Source: Euprymna scolopes
Lineage: Eukaryota
Length of the DNA: 64,000 nt
Strand: one strand, 5' to 3'
NCBI GenBank assembly: GCA_053919585.1
Contig: CM132788.1
Positions within the stretch are counted from its first letter, which is position 1. Each line of letters starts with the position of its first letter. The notes beneath the pieces are model-generated. The model saw nothing but the letters and a program-made list of their open reading frames with translations, did no database searches and was not told the DNA's origin. The translations under genes were made by a program, and so were the position numbers. Shown here one piece after another: positions 51,260 to 64,000 of the stretch.

Positions 51260-51869
51260 TTTACAGCGCAGTTTAAAATAATTCATGTCTGTATTAGTAA
51301 TGATTATTCACTCTTTATAGTGAGAGAAAATTTTATCTTTGTGCAAGTAATGTTCATTTGTATGTGACATCCATTTTGAGGAGAATATTATTTATATATA
51401 AAGACTCAAGTGAAATATGGCAATTAGAAATAAAATAACAGAAAAACTTCTGAATATATTTATCAGTGAATAATATTTGTGTATACCAAAAATTACGAAA
51501 AATCATAAAGTATAAATAAATAAGGACAAGAAAATCTATTTGGTATCCATAACCAATCCTTGGCGCCAACTTTCGTACAGAAACGGTTGACTGGCAAAGT
51601 TAAAAATATTTTTTAACCTATTTTCTTGCTACAGAAAATCAATGTACTTTTCTAACAGAATAATGCCTCAATCGTAAGATAATGGTTCTTTTCAAATAAA
51701 CAAACTCCTACAAAGATTTGTAACAAGTTTCCCCATAGTTGCATGATGAGAGGATCTGCCCTCTATTAAAGATGTCTCTTTTCATAATACAACAATGCTT
51801 TATTCACTTAGAATTCTTGTTGAACTGCACACACTAAAATGCAATACCTGGAATCATAACTACAATTCA

Positions 51870-52150
51870 TACGCCTTTCCGCAATGCGACCATATTTGGT
51901 ACAAAACTCGCTCATTCTGTGCCTGGCTTGTCTATAAAGTTTCAATCATAAATGTCCAACAATCTTTATTTTATTGATATTCAATTATGTAAGGGGATAT
52001 TTTGGTGATCGTCTCATCAATAGAAGATGTGATTCTAAATGAGCTTTACCCTCATCAGACTATAGTTCCCACCTATGAATTTTATCTATGGTATAATCTC
52101 AAAGATAATGCCTATCAAAACAATCCCCAGATTCTTTAGCTAAACAATAG
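51870..52150. repeat. Unclassified dispersed repeat, direct copy at ~56295-56560
   Basis: Colinear blocks caatgc(g/a)accatattt...aattatgta(a/g)gggga...gtgat/gtcgtctcat. Confidence 0.7.
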
Positions 52151-52517
52151 AACAATGCCTTAATCACTTAGAATTCTTCTTCATTCATTCATTTCTTAAG
52201 AATCAGATTCTATTGTTGGCATTGGTTTCCTTGATATCTTTCTAGTTAGAATTATTTTTTGAAAGATATTGAGTACTTACAGGAAGGACTACATAAAGGT
52301 TGCCAACATCCTAAGTGAAAGTATTTTTATGAAACGAACTGAATATAAACTTGATGCATCCAGCTTGTCATTCTGTGTTATTAATACCTTAGCCACCATC
52401 ACCTGACCGGATTCTTGTTGAATTGTAGGAATGTATTGCAGGATAGTATTTGCCATTTTTACTACACTTGTTCTCTTCAAATGAAAATACCCCTGATCTA
52501 GCAACAAAATCTCATTT

Positions 52518-52765
52518 CACTGTCGTGCTCCTTAAATACTGAAAGAATTTCTACCATATAGCTTCTTTCCTCAGACTGCTTGCCTTTGGAATTTCCTTTC
52601 TGCTCCATGCTTTCCTGACCATACAAATATGCAGAAATTTAAATGTAAGGTGAACAAACATTTTGTTTCCCAGCTCCTCATTCAGGTTGCTCTCTTATAT
52701 AAACTTTGCCCCTATCACAGTAGCCCCTTATATTCGAATGGCAATATACCTCGTTTGAGGTGAAC
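52518..52765 (+). mobile_element. CR1/Zenon-like LINE 3' fragment
   Basis: Matches 15215-15440. Confidence 0.7.
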
Positions 52766-53315
52766 AAAAAAAAAGATATTTCTTAAGAGTTGAATTATTT
52801 TGTATCTTACTATATTTACGCCAACATTAGATTGGATAACATCTAGGTTATTTCTTGTTTACACTCAGACAAAAACTGCATATCAAACTAATACGAGTAC
52901 ATGTACTTGTTATTTGTTTTTTATTCTCTGTGTGTAGTTGATTTTTTTCCTATGATAATTCTTTCTATTATCAAGACGATTCAGTAGCTGAACGGTTCTG
53001 CTTAAATTAGTGCAATTGTCGACTGAAAGGGCTGCAACATAATATCGGTAACTTATTCACAAATTCCATTTTTTTTTTTGTGTGTGTATTATTTTACTTA
53101 CTATTTTCTGAAGCATGTCAGCCAGAATTGATAACAATTTACCTTAAACTCAGCTTCAAGACTTGTATATATTGTATATTGTATAGTATGGTATTAATTA
53201 CAAATGTTAATGTTCTCTGCAGTTATTTTTGGCATCAGGGTATCCCTCTCATATATTTTTCAAATGAATTTTTTCCTCTCATTTAATATTTTTCAAAGAA
53301 GGTTTTCGTCTCTAT

Positions 53316-53349
<34 letters not shown>

Positions 53350-53787
53350 AAACTTAACGTCTGTGCGTCCCCTATAGAAAGAAAGGTTAGAGAATCTACA
53401 AGAAATCTAAAAATGTATTTTAATGTAAAATTAAACGGGGAAGACAATGGAAGTGTTCCAGAATCTCCAAGTGCACAATAAGGGGCCTATGAGGACATAG
53501 CTCTTTTACATCCTTAAATATATTCTATTTTTATAAAATTTTAATCATATTATATAAAATTCTCTAGGTTAAACCGTATAAGACACTAATTTAGAAAGTT
53601 TTCTAACATTTCAGCTTCTTCTACCTATATTAGGAGACACAACAAGAAGAGAGGAGCAGTAAAAATGAAAAAAAAAACAAAAACAAACCCAAAAACGTAA
53701 TATGGTATTATGAGCATAGTGAAAAAGTACATTGTAGTAATCCCTATTAAATTCCGAACAACTGCTAATATAATGTATTAATTTTCT

Positions 53788-54335
53788 CAATGAAGTCTGC
53801 TGCAAAGAAGGTAGACTCCCTCTACCGAGCTAGAAAACTTCTCATATTAGAGAGTATCCTATATTTCTACAGAGGCACTATTTGCCGATCCATGGAGTAT
53901 TGTTGCCACATTTGGGCTGGTGTGCCAACTACTAGTATCTCCATCAGACAGAGTCCAAGAAAAAGTCTTAAAATCTAATAGGTTCAACACTATCTACTAA
54001 GCTCCAACCCCTGTCTCATCGCTGCAATATTGCATCCATGTGCTTATTTAACAAGTACTTAAACGAAATGTGCTCCAATGAACTTACTGCACTTGTGTCC
54101 CTTCAACGTAACTCGACAATCCAAAAGCTCCATCACTTCACTGTGTAGAGGTCATCAGATACCAGAAAGCTTTCTATTCTAACTGCTTGATTTTGGAATC
54201 CCAATTCCACTCTCTGTTTTAACAAATGTAACAAAATTCAAATGTCATGTGAGCAAGCATCTTGCTGCACAGCTTCCCACTTAGAATGCTTCTATAAATA
54301 TTTCCCCTAATTCAGAGTAGCCTATTACATCTTAT
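53788..54335 (+). mobile_element. CR1/Zenon-like LINE 3' fragment
   Basis: KSAAKKVDSLYRARKLLILESILYFYRGTICRSMEYCCHIWAG plus 3' UTR. Confidence 0.8.
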
Positions 54336-54532
54336 ATAGCTCGTAATGAAAGTAAAAAAAATAAAAAATAAACAACAATAAATTATGTAGATTAATGTAG
54401 AAAGCACCATGGAATTCCCACGAGGTCCCACTAGTAAAATAATAATCTTATAAACAGAATAAAACAGTAATGTACACTAAACATAACACATGAACTTCTT
54501 GTATTTCAGAACTATTGAAATGAGAATTGATA

Positions 54533-54968
54533 ATTTCGATTATTATGGACTTCTATTCTCAGCTTGGTTATTTTCACAACACTTTAGCAGATGCAACCTT
54601 CAACCTTCTTCAGATGCATCTTTTTAAACTTGTGAATCTATACAAACTAATGAATTGAACCTTCCAAAAGACGTTGCTTAACAATCAGTTCTGAGATTGC
54701 AGGTTCAATCCTGACTACAGGTGATGATAACTAGGGCCAGAACAACAGCATATTCTTTTCATTGTTTTGACTCTCTAGTGTGTATTCGTTGATAAATTAT
54801 ATGCTTTTATATAGAGTGATGTGGTTCTCGGTTGATTAACTGTCGGATATTTATTCAAGAATGAAAACAATGATAAGAATAGTCTGTTGTCATGGCCTTA
54901 GTGATAACTAAAAAAAATGAACATTTCCACTCGGTCATGGTTGATGGAATGAGAATAATCTACACTCA
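54533..54968. mobile_element. Family P pair E: - tail fragment (54533-~54645) plus + copy interrupted by a MITE
   Basis: - core reads gatgcatCTGAAGAaggttgaaggttgcatc; + copy has an intact B box GGTTCAATCC (54702-54711) and body cggtcatggttgatggaatgagaa. Confidence 0.7.
54732..54900. mobile_element. hAT-type MITE nested in a family P copy
   Basis: TAGGGCC...GGCCTTA ends with ~40-bp imperfect TIRs; 8-bp TSD atgataac/gtgataac. Confidence 0.75.
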
Positions 54969-55621
54969 TAGACGATGTCTTCTTCTGTAAAAATAATTAT
55001 CATTGTCACCTAAATATTATTTAAACAACTAAAACAAAGATATCTCGTTCTTATTTATTTATGGAAAGTTTTAATAATTAACTCTTTTTAAAAAAAATAA
55101 ACATTCTTTTCTTCTTACCATGAAAATATTTGTCATCTTGATATTCTTTAAATAAATGTTAATTTTTAATTCTTTTTTAATTATAACGATTAAACTTGTA
55201 TTAAAATTAAATTAAAATAAAAAATAATGCAAAAATTAGGTTTTTGAAAATTAGTCAAGTCAATAGGACGACAGAATTCGATTTTGGAACAATTCATTTT
55301 AAAATCAGTAGTGTTAGAATTTTTATTTTACCTTAGTAACACCAGTTAATTTTCAATTACTTAGGTATGATTTGCCAGATGCAATGGGTTACATGATATG
55401 ATTAATAGTATGTGACCTTAGGGTCAGCTTAATCCCGTATGATGGTTTGTTGGTTACTTTAATAGATTGAAAGTTGGAGCTCAGTTTCTGCCAGAATGTT
55501 AGCCTAGATACACGACATGTAAGATTCAGATTGGTAGACAGACAACTGTTTCGTGATGTTTCAGTCAAAGGCTACTTGAAGTTAAGGAAATGGATATTCA
55601 CTATGTTTCGGAATTTTCACA

Positions 55622-55945
55622 AGGACCCATGACACAACAGGTAAAATTGATAAAACAGTAATAATCAGTTCTAAATTACAGTTTTCTGGAAATTGTAGGT
55701 TCAATCTTCAGTATGCTGGACTAAGAACACAATTATGGATTTAAAACTTCTAACCGGTCATGGCTGACAGAATGAGAGCAAACTACTCTTTGTGCATTGA
55801 ATAAAGGGTTCTGTTCAAAATTATGTATAGATTCCTGAGTTTTATGAGATGTAACTAAAAAGGTTGACGATTACATCGGCCTAAATGTTGTAGAAATAAT
55901 ATCCAAAATGAGAACAGTAGTCTGAATAAATCAAATAATCCAAAT
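55622..55945 (+). mobile_element. Family P full-length solo copy (~325 bp)
   Basis: Head ggacccatgacacaacaggtaa, B box GGTTCAATC, body taaccggtcatggctga, decayed hammerhead-like core, end aataatccaaat. Confidence 0.75.
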
Positions 55946-56609
55946 GGGGTTATTTTTTTCCTCAATATAGTGGTTTACCTGAGAGAAAAGAATCCAGAGA
56001 ACAACTTTATGGAAAATGGGCAACATAAGGTACATTAAGAGATATACAACACGTGTGTGTGTGTGTTATAAATTGTTACATGCCATGAAAATGTGAAATG
56101 CCAAGGAGTCATGAGACAAGTGAACTGAATCTTATTTAAAAATAGTTCTTTTATCGTGAGTTTCTTCTAAAGAAATAACTTATAGATTAGAACAGGTGTT
56201 GTTCTCAATTAAACCAACTCGGAATAACGATTGAAAAGATCGTTTGCATTAATTACAAGGGCATAATATTCCACCAGTTACATAATACAAGGTGACCTTT
56301 CCCCCGAAGAAATGCCAATGCAACCATATTTTGTATACAAAAACTCCACTCTATGCCTGGTTTGTCCGTCTAGTTTCAATCAGTCTTTGTTTTATTGCCG
56401 TTTAATTATGTAGGGGGACACTTTGGTGGTCGTCTCATTAGTAGGTGATGTGATCCTGAATGGGCTTCACACTCACCGCACCAGGACGACCCCCACCCTC
56501 AAAATAATGTGCATTGAAACGATCTCCAGCTTCTTTAACTGAATAAGGTAATCATAGCCCAAATCAGAACAGTGTCAAAAGAGGCAACACTTGTCTTCAA
56601 CTCTCAGTG

Positions 56610-56800
56610 AGGGTTGATGACCTGTGTTGCATGGAGAAAAATAATATAAGAATAATACAATGGATTTGAATCGTGAGTTTGAAAGACAGACTTAGTTTTG
56701 ATGAGTTCAGACAAAAATTAAATCTGCATAGTATAGAGAAATGTGTGGAGAACATGATACTTCAATGGTATCATCATGTTGAAAAAAAAAAAATGCTCTC
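56610..56800 (+). mobile_element. RTE-clade LINE 3' fragment
   Basis: SLKDRLSFDEFRQKLNLHSIEKCVENMILQWYHHVEK; homologous to 9230-9360. Confidence 0.65.
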
Positions 56801-58402
56801 TGAGGAATACAATCAAGGAGTTGATCCCGGACCTGAAATAGATATTGTTGTATGCGTGTGTCTAGGTGTCCTGCTAAAAGTTAGACACAATATAAGATAG
56901 ACTTATAAATCTTACATTATTTAATTCAGCATGACCTTGACTTGGTTATGGTAAAAGTATAATGTAATATTTATTCTCTTTGGGTCAACAGAGACTAAAT
57001 TTGTCCATAGGAGAGGGTTACTTTTTTTTTCTCTCTTAATGAGTAATCATTTATCAAGGTCAAAAGCCACTCGAGAATAAGAGCTAATAAAATGGATAGA
57101 TTGTCAATGGAATGATGAAAAATATTATGGGAGGATTCAAAATGATGAATGGAATTCACAAAATTTGATTACTGAAGATTTATGCCAAAAAATTTTGAAC
57201 ATACTGTTGTTTCAAAAAGGACACTGTCAATTTCTTTTTCTTTTTTTAATGTTCTTTTTTCATTTCTATTATATTGAACCACTTGCCAGAGAAAGAAAGA
57301 GGAAGAGGGGGAAGGGTCGGTCAGAATTTGAGCTAAAGAAAAAAGTTTTAAAAGATGAAACACCGGATTGTGCTGCTACTCCATAATACGCGTCAAAGTG
57401 GAGTTAGTACAAATAGTCACATTACCAAGCAGTTGCGTACAGTGGTCTGGCAATACCCTAGTGAGGTCTGGGATCAACTCCTTGATTGTATTCCTCAGGG
57501 ACTCAAGTATAAATACTGAGAACTATTATAAGAAAGGGAGATGGTTTGAATATGATCGGATGACCCCCCCCCCTGCCCGCCCCAATTTCGATGTTCAGGG
57601 CCACCGTATTGCCCCCCCCCTTCTCTGCACGTCACTGGTCGAAAAGAGATTTAGATAGGTTTTAAAAGATAAATTATACACTTGTTAGCTCTTATATTTT
57701 GTTTACCGGGCAACGCCGGATAGCTCTGTTTGTTTCTAATTTAATATCACAGTGGAGTTAGTACAACTATTCAAAATACCAAGTGAATCATGGTTAAAAA
57801 TGGCAATCCAAGTTTTGCAAATTAATCTAATTATTTTTAGTTAAAATAGTAAAAAGGAAGAAGATACCGATGTTCAAAATGAGGTTGCGCTGACACCTGC
57901 TATATATAAAAAATCTCTATGCAAATGGAATGTGTTTTAAAAATGATGAAAATGTTTTTGTTTTTTTATCACTTTTTTTTTCTTTTTTATTTTTTTGCTG
58001 CACTGTACAACCTCCTATTTAAATTGTCAATTAGACTTAAAGCGTTTGCTAGTTGGATGAATATTTAAAAAATTGAACATTGCTCAACTCTAACGTTCAA
58101 CCTCTCAACATCACTACCTCCCGTCGTTCAGCGATCGACCCTTATTTATCTCTTTCTACAATGGGAAGGTCAACTGACTCACTGCAGTCATTTTTTTGTT
58201 GTCATTATTTGTTAGTGTTACCTTTTCTTTATCTTTTTTTGTGCTTTTTATATGACATTCCTAAAATGTTTCCTTTAATTTTTTTTCTTTTTGCTTCTTT
58301 TCTATATGATAAATTTGTTCAACTTATGGGCACAAAAGGCCATGAAATTCACTTGCCTTCTTTTCGGTGTTGGTAAACATAATATTTATAAAAAAAAAAA
58401 TA

Positions 58403-58560
58403 ACTAGAATTATACCCGTCCCAGGACGAATAAAACTATCTCCCAAAACAAAACAGTTTTGCACCACTTTTATGTGCCTTGATGAAGATTAAAATCAATA
58501 TATAATGATACTAAACCTTACCTCAAGAATCCTTATTCCAATTTTGATCAAAATACATTA
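58403..58560 (-). mobile_element. Helitron-like 3' end
   Basis: ACTAG followed by hairpin tacccgtcccaggacgaata; homologous to 11335-11500. Confidence 0.55.
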
Positions 58561-59627
58561 CATGATTTTGATTCAAGAAAATTTCTAAAATTTGAGGAGT
58601 CTTAGATAGAAATTGAATTTCAAGAAATCTTGTTTAATTTGTGTCCAATTAATTTGTGTCCAATTAAATGCAAATTTGAAATATTTAATTTTTAAATGGG
58701 AGATTGTACTCATAATTAAAACCCCTTAAAAATGCTCCAAATAAACCAAAAATGTGAGGATTGATATCTATTGTTAAATTTTCAGGAAAATCGGAGGTAT
58801 CTGAATTTTTACAAAGGAGTTCCAATCCCTTTTTACCTTCTTTGCATAAAACGAAATTAAACCAAATTTAACTCACATTGTGACCCTTTGTACACAGCAG
58901 ATGTGTTCCGAAATTCATAATGATCGGTTAATTATTTTAAGAATGAATTATATTATATTTCTAAAATTTCTCCCAGATTCAAAATTAATAAAATTAAATT
59001 TCTATTTCTTATTCAACCACTCATCTCTATTTTATAAGAAATGTTCCTTTCTATTCTCATAAACTTTTATTCTTGATGATTAAAAAGTTTTTCTAAGCTA
59101 CCATATGAATAAATATAAAGATATTAAGGTCCCATGCTAATTCATCCACAAGAAAAATGGGATTCAATTTTTTTTTTTTTTTTTTTTTTTTTACAATTAT
59201 GTGTAAACATTGTGAAAAACGTGGATGTAAAAAATATAATAGTTTCAAGTGGGGGATCAATTTAACACATAAATTGATCACCGACTTTTTGATCAAATAA
59301 TGTTTGAATGGCATATAACCATTTTCTTGTTTATTTAAATATAATTTTTTAGGCAGCTGTTGCCACTCAAATGTAGGGTTAGTGATAGGGTTCATGGAGG
59401 CATTTAATAACTTTTTTTTCTGTTCAGGCTATTTCTTAGAAATCATCGATTTTTGAAATTTATTACATTAATCATGGGCATGTGTTAGATATTTTAATTT
59501 CAGTATGCATGCATTCAATATTCCTATAAACCCGATTAGTTATATGCCCTTAAAACGCTATCCAGTTAGAAATTTCTGGTCTAAAAATAGATGATCATTT
59601 TATGTTAAATATCCCTTCTAAATTGTT

Positions 59628-60110
59628 ACCATATCTGGGCTGCGCTGGTGCATCAACCACAAATCTTTCCCTCTTCCATAGAGTGAAACAAACAAAAAAA
59701 CAAAAAAAAAAACAATTTCTAGCCTAATAGGTCCTGCACTGTCTACCAAGCTCGATCCCCTGTCACATTACCACAGTGTTGTATCCCCGTGTTTGTTATA
59801 TAAGTACTTTCGTGGAAGGTGTTCTGATTAACTTACTGTATTTGGACCGACTCAATAAGCAGCAAAATCTGACCCCATCTTCATACACATCCCTACATGC
59901 CGGAAGATTTTCTACTCTAATAGCTTCTATCTTTTGATAGCCTACCTTTGGAATTCTCTCTTTGCATCTTCGATCATACTCAGAAACAAAAATTTAAATG
60001 TAATGTGAACCAACATCTTTTTGCCCAACTCCCCATACAGGTTGTCCTCTATAAATCTGGACCTATCACAAAAACCTCTTATGCTTCAGTAGCAATATGC
60101 CTTGTTTGTC
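59628..60110 (+). mobile_element. CR1/Zenon-like LINE 3' fragment
   Basis: HIWA...LIGPALSTKLDPLSHYHSVVSPCLLYKYFRGRCS plus 3' UTR. Confidence 0.75.
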
Positions 60111-60554
60111 TCAAACAAAAGTATTAAAAAAAATTAATTCTAAAATGTTTAATCTTTTTTTTATTTTGTTTTTTGTTTTTTACCCCTAAGTTTTCAGGAT
60201 GTCATAATGTAATCGCCTAAAATAGTAGAATCTTAGTTTCTTTTTGGTGAAAGGGTATATGTGCATAGGTTTAGGGTTCTCATGTACAAATTTTCTGAAA
60301 TAAAATAATGTTCTTTTTAGGTTTAGGTAATCTGTTGCTGAAACAACACCTATTGTCAACTGTTTAATTGCATACAATTAGTTTAGCAAATGTTGTTATT
60401 TAACTGATAGCTGAGGAAAATTGCGTGTTCATGCCTTTCACAAATATTATTAACAGCAACTCTGAGTCAGATATTTTTATAGAGTCAGTAGTTAGGTTCA
60501 GGGTTTATAAACTTAATCAGGAAGGATTTTTTTTTTGTCAACTCCACTTTTTTG

Positions 60555-60660
60555 TGTGATTTCTGACTTTGACTAGACATAAGAGGCTACATCGTCTGAA
60601 ACATTGTTGTGATAATAACATCCAACAAAATTACTACAGAAGTCGAATAATCCAAATAAT
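60555..60660 (+). mobile_element. Family P solo tail fragment
   Basis: gaggctacatcgtctGAAAcattgttgtgataataacatcc...gtcgaataatccaaat. Confidence 0.65.
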
Positions 60661-62494
60661 CAGCTTGTTATTAGCTATGTACGATAACCTAAGAAAACAA
60701 TACAAAAAAAAATAAATAAATAAATAAAATAGGGCACACTATTCATTCATATGCGAACATATTAAAGCAGATTACAATGATTGTCCCTAACATACATCAA
60801 TAGAGGTGTTGACATCTAACTACTTTTTTTTCTTTTCCAAATGATGAATGCAAATGTGAGTGAAAAGTTTTCTAATATATGTGATAGTTTTCAGAACGTA
60901 TATCACATTGACCGAAACGGTTCAAGCATAGAATATACTCAAAGCTGTTATTGGTAGTGTTGTACTAGTTGGTGATTTGACATGTCCATTGTTTCATTAT
61001 GTGTGTGATTTGTAATTGCACACAATAAAGCATTAAGTGAAGTTTAATTATGAATTTGTAATAAGTTATGTTGCTATGAAAATAAACCAAAATATTTTTG
61101 TGCAAAAGATGAAGGCACAGATGATGATCATCAGTCTACTGTTCATTCCATAGGCTGGCATCTGTTGAGCAGCTTTTAGAAATTTACTTCTAAACCAACC
61201 TATCTCTGGTTAGATATTTACAATTTTCTTTGGGAGTCATTTTCTTAATTAAGATAAGATTTTTATAGGCTCGATGCTGGATAGTAGAAAAATTCCCACT
61301 CAAATTTCAAGAATCTCTACCGCTGATTCTAAAGTAGTGCTTCAAACCATAGAGATAAATCTAGTAAGTAGCACCATAAGAATATCAAGTGTGCTCTGCA
61401 TTTTGCTGTGTAGCTTGTCCATTTCACGACTTGGTAAAAGCATTTGGAGCTGCCGAATTTATCCATACATTGAGGCTGATTCGAACAATGAATTGCTGAC
61501 TGCTCCTGAGTTGTCTAATGTGTTTGTTGTGGAAAAGGGACAGTGATTATCTCAAGCAGGCGGTTGTAGACAGACATCGGGGACAACAAAATAACCCCCA
61601 ATGCTCGGTTAGGCAAATGATTCGTTTTACTACTAATCAATAGCACTTTGTAATCGATATAACCAAGCATATTTCAGATGTTTAGTCAGTGTTTTTTGTG
61701 GAAATAGCTCGAGACAAGGCATGAAGTCACTTGATGTAAGGAGCTAAAAACTACACTTTCAAGGTCAAAAACTAGCTAATGATAAATGTTATAGAATTGC
61801 TGTTTTTTGGTGGTTGGATAGATGCCAACCACAAAAACAGAAATTCTTCAGAATATCAGAAACATTGGTCATGGAATGTAAGGATTAAATGACAAAATAA
61901 AGATGTGTGAGTTACAAGGGTGCCGAAAGTAAACCAGTGGTCAACTTTCTATTTTCTCTAAGAGTTAATTCAGTGATTGGTCTGCTACTTAGTTTTAATT
62001 GATTTCCATTGTAAGCTTACTCTTTATTAAGAAAGATCGTAAGGGCAGATTTAGGTCGGATTTTAATGTGGAGAAAATCAACGATTACCTGTATCATAAT
62101 GACTAGAGATTTAAATTTAATGCAAATCCGAAATGTTTAAATGTTTTCATGTGATGTTATGACAATATTATGCCCTCTAAAAACTTTTGGAAATACTTCA
62201 AAGAAACTGAAATTTGAGAAACGTTGATTCATTGATGTTTAATATCTATAGTTAAAATTTCACAAGATCAGTGTAATCTGATTTTTTATGAGGAGCTTTT
62301 ACATTTTTTATCTCCTAAAGTAAATAAAGCTAAATACAGGCCACATTAGCAGCTGTGTTACAAAAGTGATACTGGCCAGTTAATTAGCTTAGAAGTGAAT
62401 CCTCTTCATACAACTATATATAAACATATGGACATCCCTTAACATGACATACATATTTAAACCTACATACTATTTAAAGTATGTGTCACAACTA

Positions 62495-62936
62495 AACTGA
62501 TGCACCAACCACTAATTTCTTCCTTGGACAGGATGCAAATAAGAGGTTTTAACCTTATAGGTTTTGCACTATCTACCATGCTACAATCCCTGTCTAATCA
62601 ATGCAATGTTGCATCCATGTGCTTATTTTACAAGTAATTCTATAGAATGTGCTCCAACGAAATTACTGCAATTGTACTCTCTCAACATAAATATCCCCAA
62701 TCAACCTGACAAATTAGCAAAATCCCATCCCTTCTCTATAGAGGTTCCTAGATACCAGAAAACTTTCTACTCTAATAGCTTCTTTTCTTTGAACTGCCTG
62801 CCTTTGAAATTCCCTCCTAACTCCCTGTATCACCTGATATGTATAAATTTAAATGTAATGTGAACAAACATTTCACTGCACAGTCTCCACTTAGGATGCC
62901 TTTTATAAATTTACTCCCTAATTCGCAGTAGCCTCT
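62495..62936 (+). mobile_element. CR1/Zenon-like LINE 3' fragment
   Basis: Matches 14990-15420 and 53920-54322. Confidence 0.75.
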
Positions 62937-64000
62937 CAAAGAAAAAAATTAATAGTCCTCTTTCAGAAAATACGGTAAACCTCAAATGCCACTATCACAA
63001 AGATAGTATTTCCGTTCAAGATTGCAGATAAATATCAAGCGACAGTGTTGCGGTATTTTTGCTGCTTTTTATTTAACCTATAAATGAACTGTAACTAAAT
63101 CATGTGTTACTTTGCTTTGAATGTATATTTGTTGTAATTAATCTTTGTAAGTAGGAATTCGTTGATAGTTTTTTCTTTACTTGTAATTATTTATTATTTC
63201 AATTAAGAAAACATTTATTGAAACGGTAATTCTATAGACAAGAATACTTCTACATCTAACACTAATTAGCGTTTATTAATGTCATTACATTATTTTACTA
63301 AAAGCTTAATAACAGTCGTTAATTGGACAAATATCTTCTGTTCATATGCTTGTTGCTTTTTCTGAATCTACTCTGAAAGTCTTTTAAAAATAATTATGAC
63401 AAAAAAAAAGATAAGTTGTTAGATATCCAAATCTTGTATTTCAACCTTTACTGAAATCTATACAATAAAATAAAGTCGATCTATTTATTGATATTTGTCC
63501 TTCTTACAAAATCAATATTTCATTCTGACTAACCAATTCTACTTGTAGAGCAAGTCACCATGTTCTTCAGAACAATAAAATGTAATTCGATTTAATCTCT
63601 TTTAGAAAATACTTTATTCCTTCAGGAAGATTGTTAAAATGGCGATATTTTTAATTAACAGACTAAACAGCAACAGTTTATAACATTATTAAGAACAAAT
63701 TTCTACATTGTTCTATCGATTTTAGAATTTTGATTAACAATTATATATGTTTAAAGTGAATATCCAGCTATTTATTTCTTTAAATTATTTGTTTTAAATA
63801 ACATTTTAATATCATTTTATTATAATGGTTATTTATATAAAAATTACCAACTTAATAATTGTTCAAGTTTTGTAAAATTTAAAATTTGATTAAGTTGTTC
63901 AGAAAATAATGACTGATTTAAAAAACAAGTATTCATTGAACTTGTGAGGGACTAATTTATTGAAACAAAAAAAATCCCTTCTAAATTTGTTTCGGAAAGT

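Noticed and set aside
61270-61740. Higher-complexity segment with a 90-aa ORF (similar case at 10829-11074)
   Set aside because: No recognisable motif or splice-consistent exon; probably old transposon coding debris that I cannot classify by eye.

Overview
AT-rich, microsatellite-dense eukaryotic (metazoan) genomic DNA. The repeat content is compatible with a mollusc, possibly a cephalopod, but this is inference only. There is one credible protein-coding gene: an intronless 1011-aa ORF (31576..34611, +) for a very acidic, probably disordered protein with no recognisable globular domain. It has an MGC dual-acylation N-terminus, two AKAP-like amphipathic helices, an 11-residue repeat, four ETSVD motifs, an FPPPP motif and 21 copies of a 13-aa repeat, which suggests an orphan membrane scaffold. 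The rest is transposon debris: a decayed CR1-clade LINE, seven 3' fragments of a CR1/Zenon-like LINE, RTE fragments, a 2.8-kb pogo/Tigger-like element with TIRs and TA TSD, hAT and mariner MITEs, Helitron-like non-autonomous elements carrying tRNA-like modules, and a 426-bp spacerless palindrome. The most unusual signal is a ~300-bp repeat family (about 13 copies or fragments) with a tRNA-like Pol III head and a 3' tail whose consensus folds as a Penelope-type minimal hammerhead ribozyme. It is repeatedly found as tail-outward inverted pairs, suggesting a SINE-like RNA mobilised by Penelope-like elements. All alignments were made by eye; boundaries of old repeats are approximate.
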